The notes under the pieces: generated by a model
Told to the model about the DNA's origin: nothing
The model's input: the letters and a program-made list of their open reading frames with translations, nothing else
Database searches by the model: none
In this document: one piece after another, positions 32,176 through 41,690 of the stretch
How the letters are laid out: each line of letters opens with the position of its first letter
Numbering within the stretch: position 1 is the stretch's first letter
NCBI GenBank assembly: GCA_963707215.1
Contig: CAVPPB010000003.1
Span: forward strand, 96,001-160,000
DNA: 64,000 nucleotides
Direction: 5' to 3'
DNA from: an uncultured Chloroflexia bacterium
GTDB taxonomy: Bacteria > Chloroflexota > Limnocylindria > Limnocylindrales > CSP1-4
Translations under genes and position numbers: made by a program

Positions 32176-32847
32176 TCAGGGAGCTGGCGTTTCCTTCTTC
32201 AGCTGACCGGGCGCGCCATCACGGCCATGGCCCCTGCCGGGCTTGCCGTCGGCCATCCAGTCCTTCCAGCCCGGATGCGTCGAGCCAACGACCCAGGGCC
32301 CGCCAGCCCAGGGCGGCTTCCCAGGCGCGCGAAGGGCCGTGCCATCGACCGCCTCGACGTCGATCTCGGACGAATCCGTACGCGTCGTGCCGGCGACCGT
32401 GACCGACTTCCCCACGTAGGCGTTCAGGGGGTTCGCGTCACCCCAGAACCACGGCGGCCCGGCCGAAAGATCCCAGGTCTTCCCTTCGACGGCCATCGTG
32501 TAGGTGACCCGGCCATCGTCTTCGACGGCCTTCCGGACGGTGCCCGTGAGCGACATGGCGGTCTCCGGGCCCTTGTCGGGCTTGGCCGTCCTGCCGGGCT
32601 TCGCCGTCGCATCGGGCGTGACCGGCACGGCTGTCGGATCGGCCGACGCGACTGCCGATGCGGCGGGCGCGGGCGACGTCGTAGGCGAGGCGGAGGCGTC
32701 GACCGTCGGGGATGGAGCCGAAGATGGCGCCGGCGAGGCCGTGGACGGCGACGCGGACGGTGCCGGTGACGCCGCCAGCACCGGGATGCCGATCGCCAGG
32801 AGAGCGATCCCCGCCGCAACGGCGGTGCCGTGTCTCGATGCCTTCAT
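32176..32847 (-). CDS. Secreted hypothetical protein with SP/TP-rich linker
   Basis: Signal peptide, low-complexity linker, small beta domain, KPPWAGGP and APGQLKK motifs. Confidence 0.7.
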   Translation of the reverse strand: MKASRHGTAVAAGIALLAIGIPVLAASPAPSASPSTASPAPSSAPSPTVDASASPTTSPAPAASAVASADPTAVPVTPDATAKPGRTAKPDKGPETAMSLTGTVRKAVEDDGRVTYTMAVEGKTWDLSAGPPWFWGDANPLNAYVGKSVTVAGTTRTDSSEIDVEAVDGTALRAPGKPPWAGGPWVVGSTHPGWKDWMADGKPGRGHGRDGAPGQLKKETPAP

Positions 32848-33052
32848 GCTCGCATCATTCACCGCGAACCTTGCAGCTGACAGGGCGAGAGCGCTCGAAG
32901 GGCGCGATCGGTGGTGCGTGCCGGCACCAGGCCTCCTCCGGCTTCACCGGACATCCAACGACGTGTCCGCGCAGTCGTCCGCCCTGGAGGCGCTGCCCAG
33001 GAAGCCCCACCCGTCGGCGGCGCTGGGGGTCGGCCGGGGTCGTCCCTGAAGC

Positions 33053-33451
33053 CTATGCGCCACCGGCCCGCCGAATGCGCTCGAGCTCGCGCCGCAGGCG
33101 CTTGCTCGGCCGGCCCTCGCCCCGCACGGCCATGATCCCCGGCCGGACTTCCCTCACCACCGGCGGCGGGCTGTGATCCACGTAGCAGGTCACCGCGACC
33201 GGTGCCCCGACCCGCGATTCGATCGGCCGCACGACCTCCACGATGCGCTCGCGGCCGCCGATCAGCGCGGCGACCCGGTCGCCGGGCTGGACCTTCGTCG
33301 ACGGCTTCGCGGCGTTCCCGTTCACGAGGACGTGGCCGGCGTCACACAGCTGCGTGGCCGCCGGGCGCGTCTTGACGAGGCGTACCGCGCACAGCCAGCG
33401 GTCGATGCGGGTCTCGTCCTTCCCTGCGGAACCAGCCACGCCCCCAAGCAT
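33053..33451 (-). CDS. S4-domain RNA-binding protein (Hsp15/HslR-like)
   Basis: RIDRWLCAVRLVKTR..A...C..GHV.VNG..AKPS..V.PGD and GRPSKR.RR. Start may be a few codons downstream. Confidence 0.88.
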   Translation of the reverse strand: MLGGVAGSAGKDETRIDRWLCAVRLVKTRPAATQLCDAGHVLVNGNAAKPSTKVQPGDRVAALIGGRERIVEVVRPIESRVGAPVAVTCYVDHSPPPVVREVRPGIMAVRGEGRPSKRLRRELERIRRAGGA

Positions 33452-33595
33452 CGCACGGGTCGAGGTAGGTTGCGGGGGCTCGGCGGAGGCTCAAGGACCG
33501 CCAAGCACTCCCCTGCGGTGGGCTCGCTCGATCGCGGGGCTCGGCCGAACCAAAGGCAGCACGGCCGTCCTGCGCAGACGCAGATGATCTGCTTC

Positions 33596-33671
33596 TGGCG
33601 CCCCCGGACGGACTCGAACCGCCGACGCGCACCTTAGGACGGTGCCGCTCTATCCACTGAGCTACGGGGGC
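33596..33671 (-). tRNA. tRNA-Arg (anticodon CCT)
   Basis: GCCCCCGTAGCTCAGTGGATAGAGCGGCACCGTCCTAAGGTGCGCGTCGGCGGTTCGAGTCCGTCCGGGGGCGCCA; 76-nt cloverleaf with encoded CCA. Confidence 0.95.
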
Positions 33672-33836
33672 CCACGGCCATGGTACCGCGGGCACAGCGG
33701 CCACCGGGGCGCAGGCCAGGCAGCCCGACCCACTTCAGCGTTCGGCCTCGATCCGGTGACGTTGGCCGGTCCCCGCAGACACGCTGACGGCACGCCGGCG
33801 CAGCCGCGACGCCGGTTCGCGGTAGCATCGACCCTG

Positions 33837-34166
33837 ATGACCGACCTTCAGCCCGCGAAGGCGCTCCTTCTGTACAGCCGGGACGGCTGCCACCTGTGCG
33901 AGGACGCGCACGCCGTCTTGGAGGCACTCCTGGAGCGACGGGGCGCAGCAGGCCTGTCCGCGCCGCCGGTCCGGATCGTCGATATCGACCTGGACGCAGC
34001 CGCCCACGATGCCTTCCACGACGTCATCCCGGTGATCGCCTGGGGCGAGCAGCGGCTCGAGCTGGCGACCTCGGCCGCGGCGATCGGACGCTTCCTGACG
34101 GCGACGCTGGACGCCCTCGGCCCTGCCTTCGGCGGGCAGGTCCCATCGAGCGAGGCCGGCGCATGA
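33837..34166 (+). CDS. Glutaredoxin-like protein (DUF836 type)
   Basis: LYSRDGCHLCE, VDID, IPV. Confidence 0.85.
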   Translation: MTDLQPAKALLLYSRDGCHLCEDAHAVLEALLERRGAAGLSAPPVRIVDIDLDAAAHDAFHDVIPVIAWGEQRLELATSAAAIGRFLTATLDALGPAFGGQVPSSEAGA

Positions 34167-34975
34167 GCGGCGACATCACGATCGCCGTCGCATTCTTCGC
34201 CGGCGTCATCAGCTTCCTCTCGCCCTGCGTACTGCCCCTCGTGCCCGCGTACCTCGGGCAGCTCACCGCGATCGCCGTCCGCGCCCACGAGGATGGGCGG
34301 CCACCATCGCGCTGGCTGGCGATGCGTCACGCGGCCGCATTCGTCCTCGGCTTCGGGGCCGTCTTCACGGTCCTCGGGGTGACGGCCACGTTCGCCGCCG
34401 GCCCGCTGGTCGACTACCTGCCGTGGCTCCGGCGGATCGGCGGGCTCGTCCTGATCCTCCTCGGCCTGAGCCTCGCCGGCCTGATCAAGATCCCGGTCCT
34501 GGAGCGCACCTGGCGACCACTCGACGCCGGCGCCCAGGCCTCGCTCGCTTCGGCGTCGGGGACGATGGCGCTGGCCGGGACCGGCGGCGGCTCCTCGACC
34601 CTCGACCGCGTCGGCGGCAGGCTGGTCGGGGGCAGCGGCTTCCTCGCCTCGTTCGGGCTGGGCGCCATCTTCGCCGTCGGCTGGACACCCTGTATCGGCG
34701 TCATCCTCGGCGGCATCCTGACGCTGGCGGCCAGCTCGGGCACGGTTCTCCAGGGCGGCCTCCTCCTCGTCACCTACACCCTGGGCCTGGGCATCCCCTT
34801 CCTCCTCATGGGCCTCCTCTACGACCGGGCACCCGCCCTGATGCGCCCGCTCATCCGGCACGGCCGGATCGTCTCGCTCATCGGCGGCCTGCTCGTGGTC
34901 GCCATCGGTGTGGCGATGCTCTTCGACTGGCTCGCGCTCCTGCCTCGCTACATCCCGTTCAACACCTCGATCTGA
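34163..34975 (+). CDS. ccdA: Cytochrome c biogenesis protein CcdA
   Basis: AGVISFLSPCVLPLVPAYL, FAVGWTPCIG, YTLGLGIPF. Confidence 0.92.
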   Translation: MSGDITIAVAFFAGVISFLSPCVLPLVPAYLGQLTAIAVRAHEDGRPPSRWLAMRHAAAFVLGFGAVFTVLGVTATFAAGPLVDYLPWLRRIGGLVLILLGLSLAGLIKIPVLERTWRPLDAGAQASLASASGTMALAGTGGGSSTLDRVGGRLVGGSGFLASFGLGAIFAVGWTPCIGVILGGILTLAASSGTVLQGGLLLVTYTLGLGIPFLLMGLLYDRAPALMRPLIRHGRIVSLIGGLLVVAIGVAMLFDWLALLPRYIPFNTSI

Positions 34976-34976
34976 G

Positions 34977-35711
34977 GTGACTGAGGAGCGTCCCGCGGAC
35001 GGATCCGCGCCCGGACCGGGCGCGCCTATCGAGCCGGCACCGTCGGCCCCGGAACCGACCGCCCCGCTTCCCGCTCGGCGTCGCGGCCTGGTCGGGCCGT
35101 TCAGCGGCCGCCAGATCGCGTCGGCTGCCGCTGCGGTGCTGGCCGTCGCGGTGATCGTCCTGGTCGCCACCGCGCCGATCGCCCCGGCTGGAGCCGACCC
35201 GACTGCGGTCGACCCCCGGGCGACGCCGTATCTCCTCGCTTCCCCGCCGACCGAGGGCGTCCGCCCAGGCTCCCTGGCCCCGGAGCTCGAGGTCATCGGC
35301 CCGGACGGGGCGCCCATGCCCATCACCGACCTCGACGGGCAGCCGGTCCGCCTCGCCGAGCTTGCCGGTCGGCTGGTCTGGCTGAACTTCTGGGCCAGCT
35401 GGTGCCCACCCTGCCAGGCCGAGACCCCGGTCCTGCGCGAGATGGCCCAACGCTACGGCGACCAGGGCCTCAGCGTCGTTGGGATCAGCGTCCAGGAGAC
35501 CTCCGAGGACGACGTCCGGGCCTACGCCTCGCGCTACGACCTGGACTACACGATCGCCGCCGACCTGGCGGGCGACGTCTTCCGGACCTACAAGGTCTTC
35601 GCCCTGCCGACCCAGTTCTTCATCGGAGCCGACGGCCGGGTCGTCGAGGTCGTGAATGGGCCGCTGGAGACGGAGTCGGCGGCGGCGCTGATCGAGTCGC
35701 TGCTTCCCTGA
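34977..35711 (+). CDS. Membrane-anchored TlpA/ResA-family thiol-disulfide oxidoreductase
   Basis: LNFWASWCPPCQAETP and LPTQFFI; TM helix. Confidence 0.92.
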   Translation: MTEERPADGSAPGPGAPIEPAPSAPEPTAPLPARRRGLVGPFSGRQIASAAAAVLAVAVIVLVATAPIAPAGADPTAVDPRATPYLLASPPTEGVRPGSLAPELEVIGPDGAPMPITDLDGQPVRLAELAGRLVWLNFWASWCPPCQAETPVLREMAQRYGDQGLSVVGISVQETSEDDVRAYASRYDLDYTIAADLAGDVFRTYKVFALPTQFFIGADGRVVEVVNGPLETESAAALIESLLP

Positions 35712-35748
35712 CGGCGGCCGGCCGACCCGTCGAAGCGGCCCTGCAGCC

Positions 35749-36606
35749 CTACTCGGCCTCGAAGCGGAAGCGGTCGCGGTCCGCCACGAGGCGCCCGATC
35801 GGCTGGCGCGGCTCGTGCGAGAGGACCACGGTCCAGCCGCCCTCCGCGGCCATCCCGAAGGCCCGGCTCTTCCACTCGACCGAGTCGAGCGGGAAGTCGT
35901 CGAAGGACGCGACCCAGCGCGGGTGGGCCGACCAGGGTCGCATCGCCAGGTCGCCGAAGAAGGCCACGGTCTCGCGGGCGCCCCGGACGACGATGGCCTG
36001 GTGGCCGGCCGAGTGGCCGCCCGACGGCATGACCGAGACGCCCGGCAGCAGCTCGCGCTCCCCCTCGACCCAGCCCTCGGCCCCCCAGTCGCGGGCCAGG
36101 GCCAGCTCGGGCTGGTCGTAGCTGGCCACGATCCGGCTGTTGTCGCTGAAGGCGATCTCCCATTCGGCCCGCTGGGCGACGATCCTGGCCCGCGGGAACG
36201 CCCGCGATCCGTCGGCCAGCAGCAGCCCACCCGCGTGATCGAAGTGGAGGTGGCTGAGCAGGACAAGGTCGACCGTGACCGGGTCGAAGCCGGCCGCCCG
36301 CAGCGCGGGCGCCACGGGCTTGCCCTCGTAGCCGCGCATCGCCCGGGACTTGTCGCTGAGCCGCTCGCCGATGCCGGTCTCGACGAGGACCCGGCCGGCG
36401 GGCGTCTCCACGAGCAGGCAGTTGAGGGCCTGGGTCAGGCGATGATCGTGGTCGATCTCATCGGCGACGAGGCGATCCCAGAGCAGCCGCGGCACCGGCC
36501 CGAAGACGGCCCCGGCGTCGGTCCGGAAGACCCCGGCCTGGACGAGGGCGACCGTCGTGCCCCCGCCGAGGTCGCGCCGCCAGTCTACGGATGCGCTGAT
36601 GCCCAT
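35749..36606 (-). CDS. MBL-fold metallo-hydrolase (YtnP-like)
   Basis: DAGAVFGPVPR.LW, SHLHFDHAGG, GHSAGHQ, FFGDL, SHEP. Confidence 0.88.
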   Translation of the reverse strand: MGISASVDWRRDLGGGTTVALVQAGVFRTDAGAVFGPVPRLLWDRLVADEIDHDHRLTQALNCLLVETPAGRVLVETGIGERLSDKSRAMRGYEGKPVAPALRAAGFDPVTVDLVLLSHLHFDHAGGLLLADGSRAFPRARIVAQRAEWEIAFSDNSRIVASYDQPELALARDWGAEGWVEGERELLPGVSVMPSGGHSAGHQAIVVRGARETVAFFGDLAMRPWSAHPRWVASFDDFPLDSVEWKSRAFGMAAEGGWTVVLSHEPRQPIGRLVADRDRFRFEAE

Positions 36607-36614
36607 CGGTCGGC

Positions 36615-37214
36615 TCAGCCCTCCTTCCCGGGTTCGGGCCGGGGGCCTGCGTCGAAGTCCCTGTGGAAGGCCGACGCGGTCGGCTCGGCCTGGCCCTGGT
36701 AGCGCGACCGCAGCTCCGGGCTGCCATAGGGCCGCTCGACCGGGCTGCTCATCCGGAAGAAGCTGATCTGGCCGATCCGCATCCCGTGGTAGAGGGCGAT
36801 CGGCAGGTTGGCGACGTTCGAGAGCTCGAGCGTCAGGTTGCCCTTCCAGCCCGGGTCGACGTAGCCGGCCGTGGAGTGGATGAGGAGGCCGAGGCGCCCC
36901 AGACTCGACTTCCCTTCGAGCCTCGCCACGAGATCGTCCGGCAGCTCCACCCACTCGAGCGTCTGGCCGAGGACGAACTCCCCGGGATGGAGCACGAAGG
37001 GCTCGTCGTCGGCGATCGTCAGCAGCTCGGTGAGGTCCGGCTGGGGCTGGCGGACGTCGATGTATGCGTAGCGGTTGTTGCGGAAGACCCGGAAGCTGCG
37101 GTCGAGATGCAGGTCGACCGACGACGGCTGGAGATCGGCCGGCTGATAGGGGCGGATGACCACCCGGCCGGCCTCGAGCTCGGCCCGGATGTCGCGGTCG
37201 GCGAGGACGCTCAC
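36615..37214 (-). CDS. dcd: dCTP deaminase
   Basis: [55 protein letters not shown]....SRYQGQ. Confidence 0.95.
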   Translation of the reverse strand: MSVLADRDIRAELEAGRVVIRPYQPADLQPSSVDLHLDRSFRVFRNNRYAYIDVRQPQPDLTELLTIADDEPFVLHPGEFVLGQTLEWVELPDDLVARLEGKSSLGRLGLLIHSTAGYVDPGWKGNLTLELSNVANLPIALYHGMRIGQISFFRMSSPVERPYGSPELRSRYQGQAEPTASAFHRDFDAGPRPEPGKEG

Positions 37215-37239
37215 CGGCGCTTCCCCTGCCGCGCGCTCA

Positions 37240-37713
37240 CTAGACGCGCGCTCCGGCGCCTCGCTCCTCGAACAGGGAGTCGACCTCGCGCTTGAGGTCC
37301 TCGAGGTCCTCGAAGCTCTGGTAGACGCTGGCGAACCGGATGTAGGCGATCTGGTCGAGATCGCGCAGCCGGGCCTGGGCAAGCTCGCCGATCCGGGAGC
37401 TGGGCACCTCGGACACGCCGGCGCTGCGGAGCTCGGCCTCGATGTCGTCGGCGGCCCGCTCGGCGGCGTCCTCGGGCACCGGCCGCCGGGTCAGCGCCTT
37501 GCGGAGACCTGCCGCCAGCTTGTCCCGGTCGAACTCCTGGCGGACGCCGTCCCGCTTCACCACGACCAGCCGGGCCGCCTCGACCCGCTCGTAGGTCGTG
37601 TATCGCGTGCCGCAGACCGTGCACTCGCGGCGGCGTCGCACGGTCGCGGCATCGTCGAGGTCCCGGGAGTCGACGACCCGGCTGTCCCGGGCGTCACACT
37701 GTGGGCATCGCAT
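37240..37713 (-). CDS. nrdR: Transcriptional repressor NrdR
   Basis: MRCPQC...DSRVVDSR...[20 protein letters not shown] cone, AYIRFASVY. Confidence 0.97.
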   Translation of the reverse strand: MRCPQCDARDSRVVDSRDLDDAATVRRRRECTVCGTRYTTYERVEAARLVVVKRDGVRQEFDRDKLAAGLRKALTRRPVPEDAAERAADDIEAELRSAGVSEVPSSRIGELAQARLRDLDQIAYIRFASVYQSFEDLEDLKREVDSLFEERGAGARV

Positions 37714-37732
37714 CGCGCTCGTCGCTCCTCGA

Positions 37733-37779
37733 CCACTACACCTTGTGGTGCGCCACTAGGCTACCACGACATGTAGGGG
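37733..37779. promoter_or_regulatory. Tandem NrdR boxes
   Basis: CCACTACACCTTGTGG (37733-37748) and CCACGACATGTAGGGG (37764-37779): two 16-bp near-palindromes resembling acaCwAtATaTwGtgt, 31 bp apart, directly upstream of nrdR. Confidence 0.8.
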
Positions 37780-37800
37780 TGCGCGACGCTTCCCAAGCGA

Positions 37801-38343
37801 TCAGCGACGGCGTGATTCCTCGGGACTCCGCCAGGCGACCGCCCGGGCGGCCGCCTCGCCGATGGCCTCGCGGGCGTGGAGGAGATTGAGGTACCCCCGC
37901 TTCACCGACGTACCGGCCTCCAACTCTCGACCCCGGACCCGGGCCGAGGTCAGGATGGTACGGCCGTGCTCGGCCATGGACATGGCTCGCTGCGACCGGC
38001 CGAGCTCCTCGCGGATGATGCCGAGCACCGGCATGAGGCCGTCAGGGACCCTCAGCTCCCCGGCCTCGGCATCGAGACCCGCCAGCTCCTCGGCAACGCC
38101 CTCGAGGTCCGTGTCGATCGCCTGTGCCTCCACGAGGCCGCGCCTGACCCGGTCGATCGGACCGATCGCCCGTGCAAGGGCGTCATCCGCGCGGGCGGCG
38201 AGATCGGCAACGACCCGCCGACCGGCGTCGGCCTCCCTGGTGGCGAGCACGATCTCGCGAGCCCGGCGGACGAACAGGAAGACGGCCGCAGCGAGGGCGG
38301 CCGCCAGGGCGATCGGTAGCGCCAGGAGCCCCGCCTCCAGCAC
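37801..38343 (-). CDS. Hypothetical membrane-anchored helical protein
   Basis: N-terminal TM helix then coiled-coil; follows etfA at 13 nt. Confidence 0.7.
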   Translation of the reverse strand: MLEAGLLALPIALAAALAAAVFLFVRRAREIVLATREADAGRRVVADLAARADDALARAIGPIDRVRRGLVEAQAIDTDLEGVAEELAGLDAEAGELRVPDGLMPVLGIIREELGRSQRAMSMAEHGRTILTSARVRGRELEAGTSVKRGYLNLLHAREAIGEAAARAVAWRSPEESRRR

Positions 38344-38356
38344 CGCCGGTCGCCCG

Positions 38357-39337
38357 TCAGCCCTTCCGGGCCCGAAGCTCGTCGAGAAGCGCCGGCCCGA
38401 CCTCGAACAGGTCGCCGATGACCACGAGGTCGGCGAACTCGGCGATCGGCGCGTCTGAGTCGCGGTTCACCGCCACGATCGTCTCCGACGTCTGCATCCC
38501 CACCTTGTGCTGGATCGCCCCGGAGATGCCCAGCGCGAGGTACAGGCTCGGCTTCACGATCTTGCCCGTCTGGCCGATCTGCTGGGCGAAGGCGATCCAG
38601 CCGGAGTCGACGGCCGCCCGGCTTGCGCCGACCGCGCCACCAAGCTCCGCCGCCAGCTCCCGCACGAGGCCGAAGCCCTCCGGCCCGCCGACGCCCCGGC
38701 CGCCGGCGACGATGACGCGGGCCTCCTCGATCGGCACCTCGTCGCCCACCTCGGCCACCCGGTCGCCGACGGGCACGACCGGCAGCGCGAGCGGTGCCTC
38801 GACGCTCGCCGCCTCGACCGTACCGGCCGAGCCGCTGGGTGCGGCCGTCACCGCGTTCTGCCGGACCGTGACGATCCCGCGATCGGACGTGAGCGAGCTC
38901 GTCGTGAGGACCGACCCGCCCAGGATGGCCGAGCCGACCTGGAGGCCATCGAGACCCCAGGCAGCCTCGAGGGCATTGACGAGGACGCCCCAACCGAGCC
39001 GCACCGAGAGGATGCCGGCGACATCGCGACCGTCCGGGCTTGCCCCGATCAGGAGGTGCGACGGCTCGTCCGGATCCACCAGGGCCGCGACCCGCTCGGC
39101 GACGGGGACAGCGACGGCGTGCTCAGCAGCCAGCGGCTCGGTGCCCTGGATGACTCGTGGCAGGTACTCGGCAAGCTCCGTTGCCGCTCGACCAGGGTCC
39201 GCCCCCACGACCACGCCGACGGCCTCGCGCCCGGAGGCCTCCGAGAGCGTTCGGGCGAGGGTGGCGACCTCGGTGGAGATACGGGCCAGCGATCCGTCGG
39301 CCGCGATCTCGCCGACGACGATGAAGCGACCGCCCAT
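38357..39337 (-). CDS. etfA: Electron transfer flavoprotein alpha subunit
   Basis: ARVIVAGGRGVG, GASRAAVDSGW, QIGQTGKIVKPSLYLALGISGAIQHKVGM. Confidence 0.95.
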   Translation of the reverse strand: MGGRFIVVGEIAADGSLARISTEVATLARTLSEASGREAVGVVVGADPGRAATELAEYLPRVIQGTEPLAAEHAVAVPVAERVAALVDPDEPSHLLIGASPDGRDVAGILSVRLGWGVLVNALEAAWGLDGLQVGSAILGGSVLTTSSLTSDRGIVTVRQNAVTAAPSGSAGTVEAASVEAPLALPVVPVGDRVAEVGDEVPIEEARVIVAGGRGVGGPEGFGLVRELAAELGGAVGASRAAVDSGWIAFAQQIGQTGKIVKPSLYLALGISGAIQHKVGMQTSETIVAVNRDSDAPIAEFADLVVIGDLFEVGPALLDELRARKG

Positions 39338-40125
39338 CAGATGACCCTCCGCTCGACCAGCAGGTCGACGATCGCCTTGGCCGCCTCCTGTGGTGGACCC
39401 TCGAAGACCATGGTCTCGCCGCGCGACTCGGGCGGCCGGGCGTCGTCGAGCCGGGTCGTCGCCACGGCGCCGCCGACCGGGACGCCGCCGAGGTCCAGGT
39501 CGGCCAGGGAGAGGGTCCTGATCTCCTTGGAGCGGGCGCCCATGATCCCCTTCAACGACGGATAGCGGGGCTCGCCCAGGACCTGGGTACAGCCGACGAA
39601 GGCCGGCCACGGCGCCTCCAGCAGGTCGTAGCCGACCGGCGAGAGCCGGCGGACCCGGACGCGCCGGGCGTCTGGATCGGGCTCGATGCGACCGGCGTAG
39701 CTGAGGTACGGGAGGCCGAGCAGCGTAGCGATCCCTGCCGCGACGACGCCGCCGTTGCCGTCGGACGTGTCGATGCCGGCGAAGATCATGTCGTACTCGA
39801 TCGTCCGGAGCGCGGCGGCCAGGACCCGGGTCGTCGTCACGATGCACGATCCCTCGAGCGCCGGGTCGGTGACCAGCACGGCACGGTGGGCACCCATCGC
39901 GAGGCCCTTGCGGAGCGTCTCCGGCGCCGTCGTCGGGGCCATGGCCAGCAAGGTGACCTCCCCGCCCTGGGCCTCGGTCAGCTTGAGGGCCGCCTCGAGC
40001 GCGTACTCGTCGTTGCCGTTGATGACGGTCGGTAGCCCGGCTCGGACGAGTCGGCCGTCGGGACCCAGGCGCTCTCCCCCCGACGCCGGGTCGGGGACCG
40101 GCTTGGTCAGGACCACGATTCGCAC
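39337..40125 (-). CDS. etfB: Electron transfer flavoprotein beta subunit
   Basis: MRIVVLTKPVPD, DEYALEAALKL, LAMGA, EPRYPSLKGIM.A. Confidence 0.95.
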   Translation of the reverse strand: MRIVVLTKPVPDPASGGERLGPDGRLVRAGLPTVINGNDEYALEAALKLTEAQGGEVTLLAMAPTTAPETLRKGLAMGAHRAVLVTDPALEGSCIVTTTRVLAAALRTIEYDMIFAGIDTSDGNGGVVAAGIATLLGLPYLSYAGRIEPDPDARRVRVRRLSPVGYDLLEAPWPAFVGCTQVLGEPRYPSLKGIMGARSKEIRTLSLADLDLGGVPVGGAVATTRLDDARPPESRGETMVFEGPPQEAAKAIVDLLVERRVI

Positions 40126-40162
40126 GCCGGACGTACCTCCTGCTGTTCGCTCGCCGGTCGCC

Positions 40163-41324
40163 TCAGCCGCGTCCCAGGAGGGCGCGGGCCACGACCAGCC
40201 GTTGGATCTGCTGGGTGCCCTCGTAGAGCTGGGTGATCTTGGCGTCGCGCATCATCCGCTCGACGGGATATTCGTCGATGTAGCCGTAGCCGCCAAGGAC
40301 CTGGACCGCGTCCGTGGTCACGCGCATCGCCGCATCGCCCGCCACGAGCTTGCACAGCGCCGACCAGCGGCTGGCATCGCGCTCGCCGGTGTCGATGGCC
40401 ACGCACGCCGCGTAGAGGAGCTGTCGAGCGGCCTCCGTGGCCGCGTCCATGTCGGCCAGCATCGCCTGGATCATCTGGAACTCGCCGATCGGGCGGCCGA
40501 ACTGGCGCCGCTCGCGAGCATATGCCGCGGCAGCGTCCAGGGCACCCTGGGCGATGCCCGACGGCCTGGGCCGCGATGCCGGGCCGCGACCGGTCGAGGG
40601 TCCGCATCGCGAGCGAGAACCCTTCGCCCTCGGCTCCGATCCGGTTCGCGGTCGGGACGCGGACGCCGTCGAAGGCAAGCTCGGCCGTCGGGCTCCCCCG
40701 GATGCCCATCTTGTGCTCGGTCCGCAGCACCGCGAAGCCGGGTCGGTCGGTCTCGACGATGAAGCACGAGATCCGGGCGTGCCGCTCGGCGCCAGGGTCG
40801 GTGACGGCGAACACCGTCACCAGGTCGGCCACCGACCCGTGGCTGATGAAGCGCTTCGTCCCGGTGATCACGTACTCCTCGCCCTCGGCGACGGCCCGGG
40901 TCCGGATGGCCGCGGCGTCGGAGCCAGCCTCGGCCTCGGTGAGGGCGAAGGCGATGAGCTTGCGGCCGGTCGCCAGGTCGGGGAACCAACGAGCACGCTG
41001 CTCCTCCTCGCCGGCCAGCAGGAGGGGCAGCGCCCCGAGCTCCTGGACCGCCAGGATGAGCCCGGTGGTGGCACAGGCCCGGCTGAGCTGCTCGATCGCC
41101 AGGCAGACGGTGAGGAGGTCCGCCCCCACGCCGCCGTGGGATTCGGGGAACGGCAGGCCCAGGATCTCGTATTCCGCGAGAAGGTCCTTGAGGTCCGCCG
41201 GGAACTCGCCCGCCCGGTCCACCTCGGCGGCCCGAGGGGCGACCCGCTCGTCAGCCAGGGCGGCGACGGTGTCACGCAGGAGCCGCTGCTCCTCGGTCAG
41301 CCGATAGGGCCCGCTCGCCTCCAC
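40163..41324 (-). pseudogene. Acyl-CoA dehydrogenase with a single-base frameshift at about 40557-40559 (possibly a sequencing error)
   Basis: [30 protein letters not shown]...GIAAQAVG in one frame; continues as GIAQGAL...RRQFGRPI...QVLGGYGY...[12 protein letters not shown] in another. Confidence 0.85.
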
Positions 41325-41436
41325 GAGCAGAATCGTAGCACCCGGTACTGGCCGGCCGGCCGCGGGCCCGCTACCCTCCGGATAGACGGAGGTCCCGGGC
41401 GCGGCGACTCGCGACCCCGGCTATCGGGGAGAGCGC

Positions 41437-41658
41437 ATGGACCAGACCCTCATCCTGATCCTGGTCGGGGCCGCGGTCGTCGGGATCGTCGCCATCGTCC
41501 TGATGCTCGAGCGGTCACGCCGGCAGGCTGGGGAGGCGCAGCGGGCGGACCGCTTCGCGGCGAGCTCCGAGGGCGAGAAGCGCTGCGCCAGCTGCGGGAT
41601 GGGCAACCTCTGGACCGAGGACCGCTGCGTCGCCTGCGGAGCGAAGCTCCCCGGCTGA
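41437..41658 (+). CDS. Small membrane protein with C-terminal zinc ribbon
   Basis: TM helix plus CASC-x10-CVAC; GGGAGAG upstream. Confidence 0.75.
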   Translation: MDQTLILILVGAAVVGIVAIVLMLERSRRQAGEAQRADRFAASSEGEKRCASCGMGNLWTEDRCVACGAKLPG

Positions 41659-41690
41659 GCGGCCCTCGCACCGGCCCTGCCCGAAGCCGC

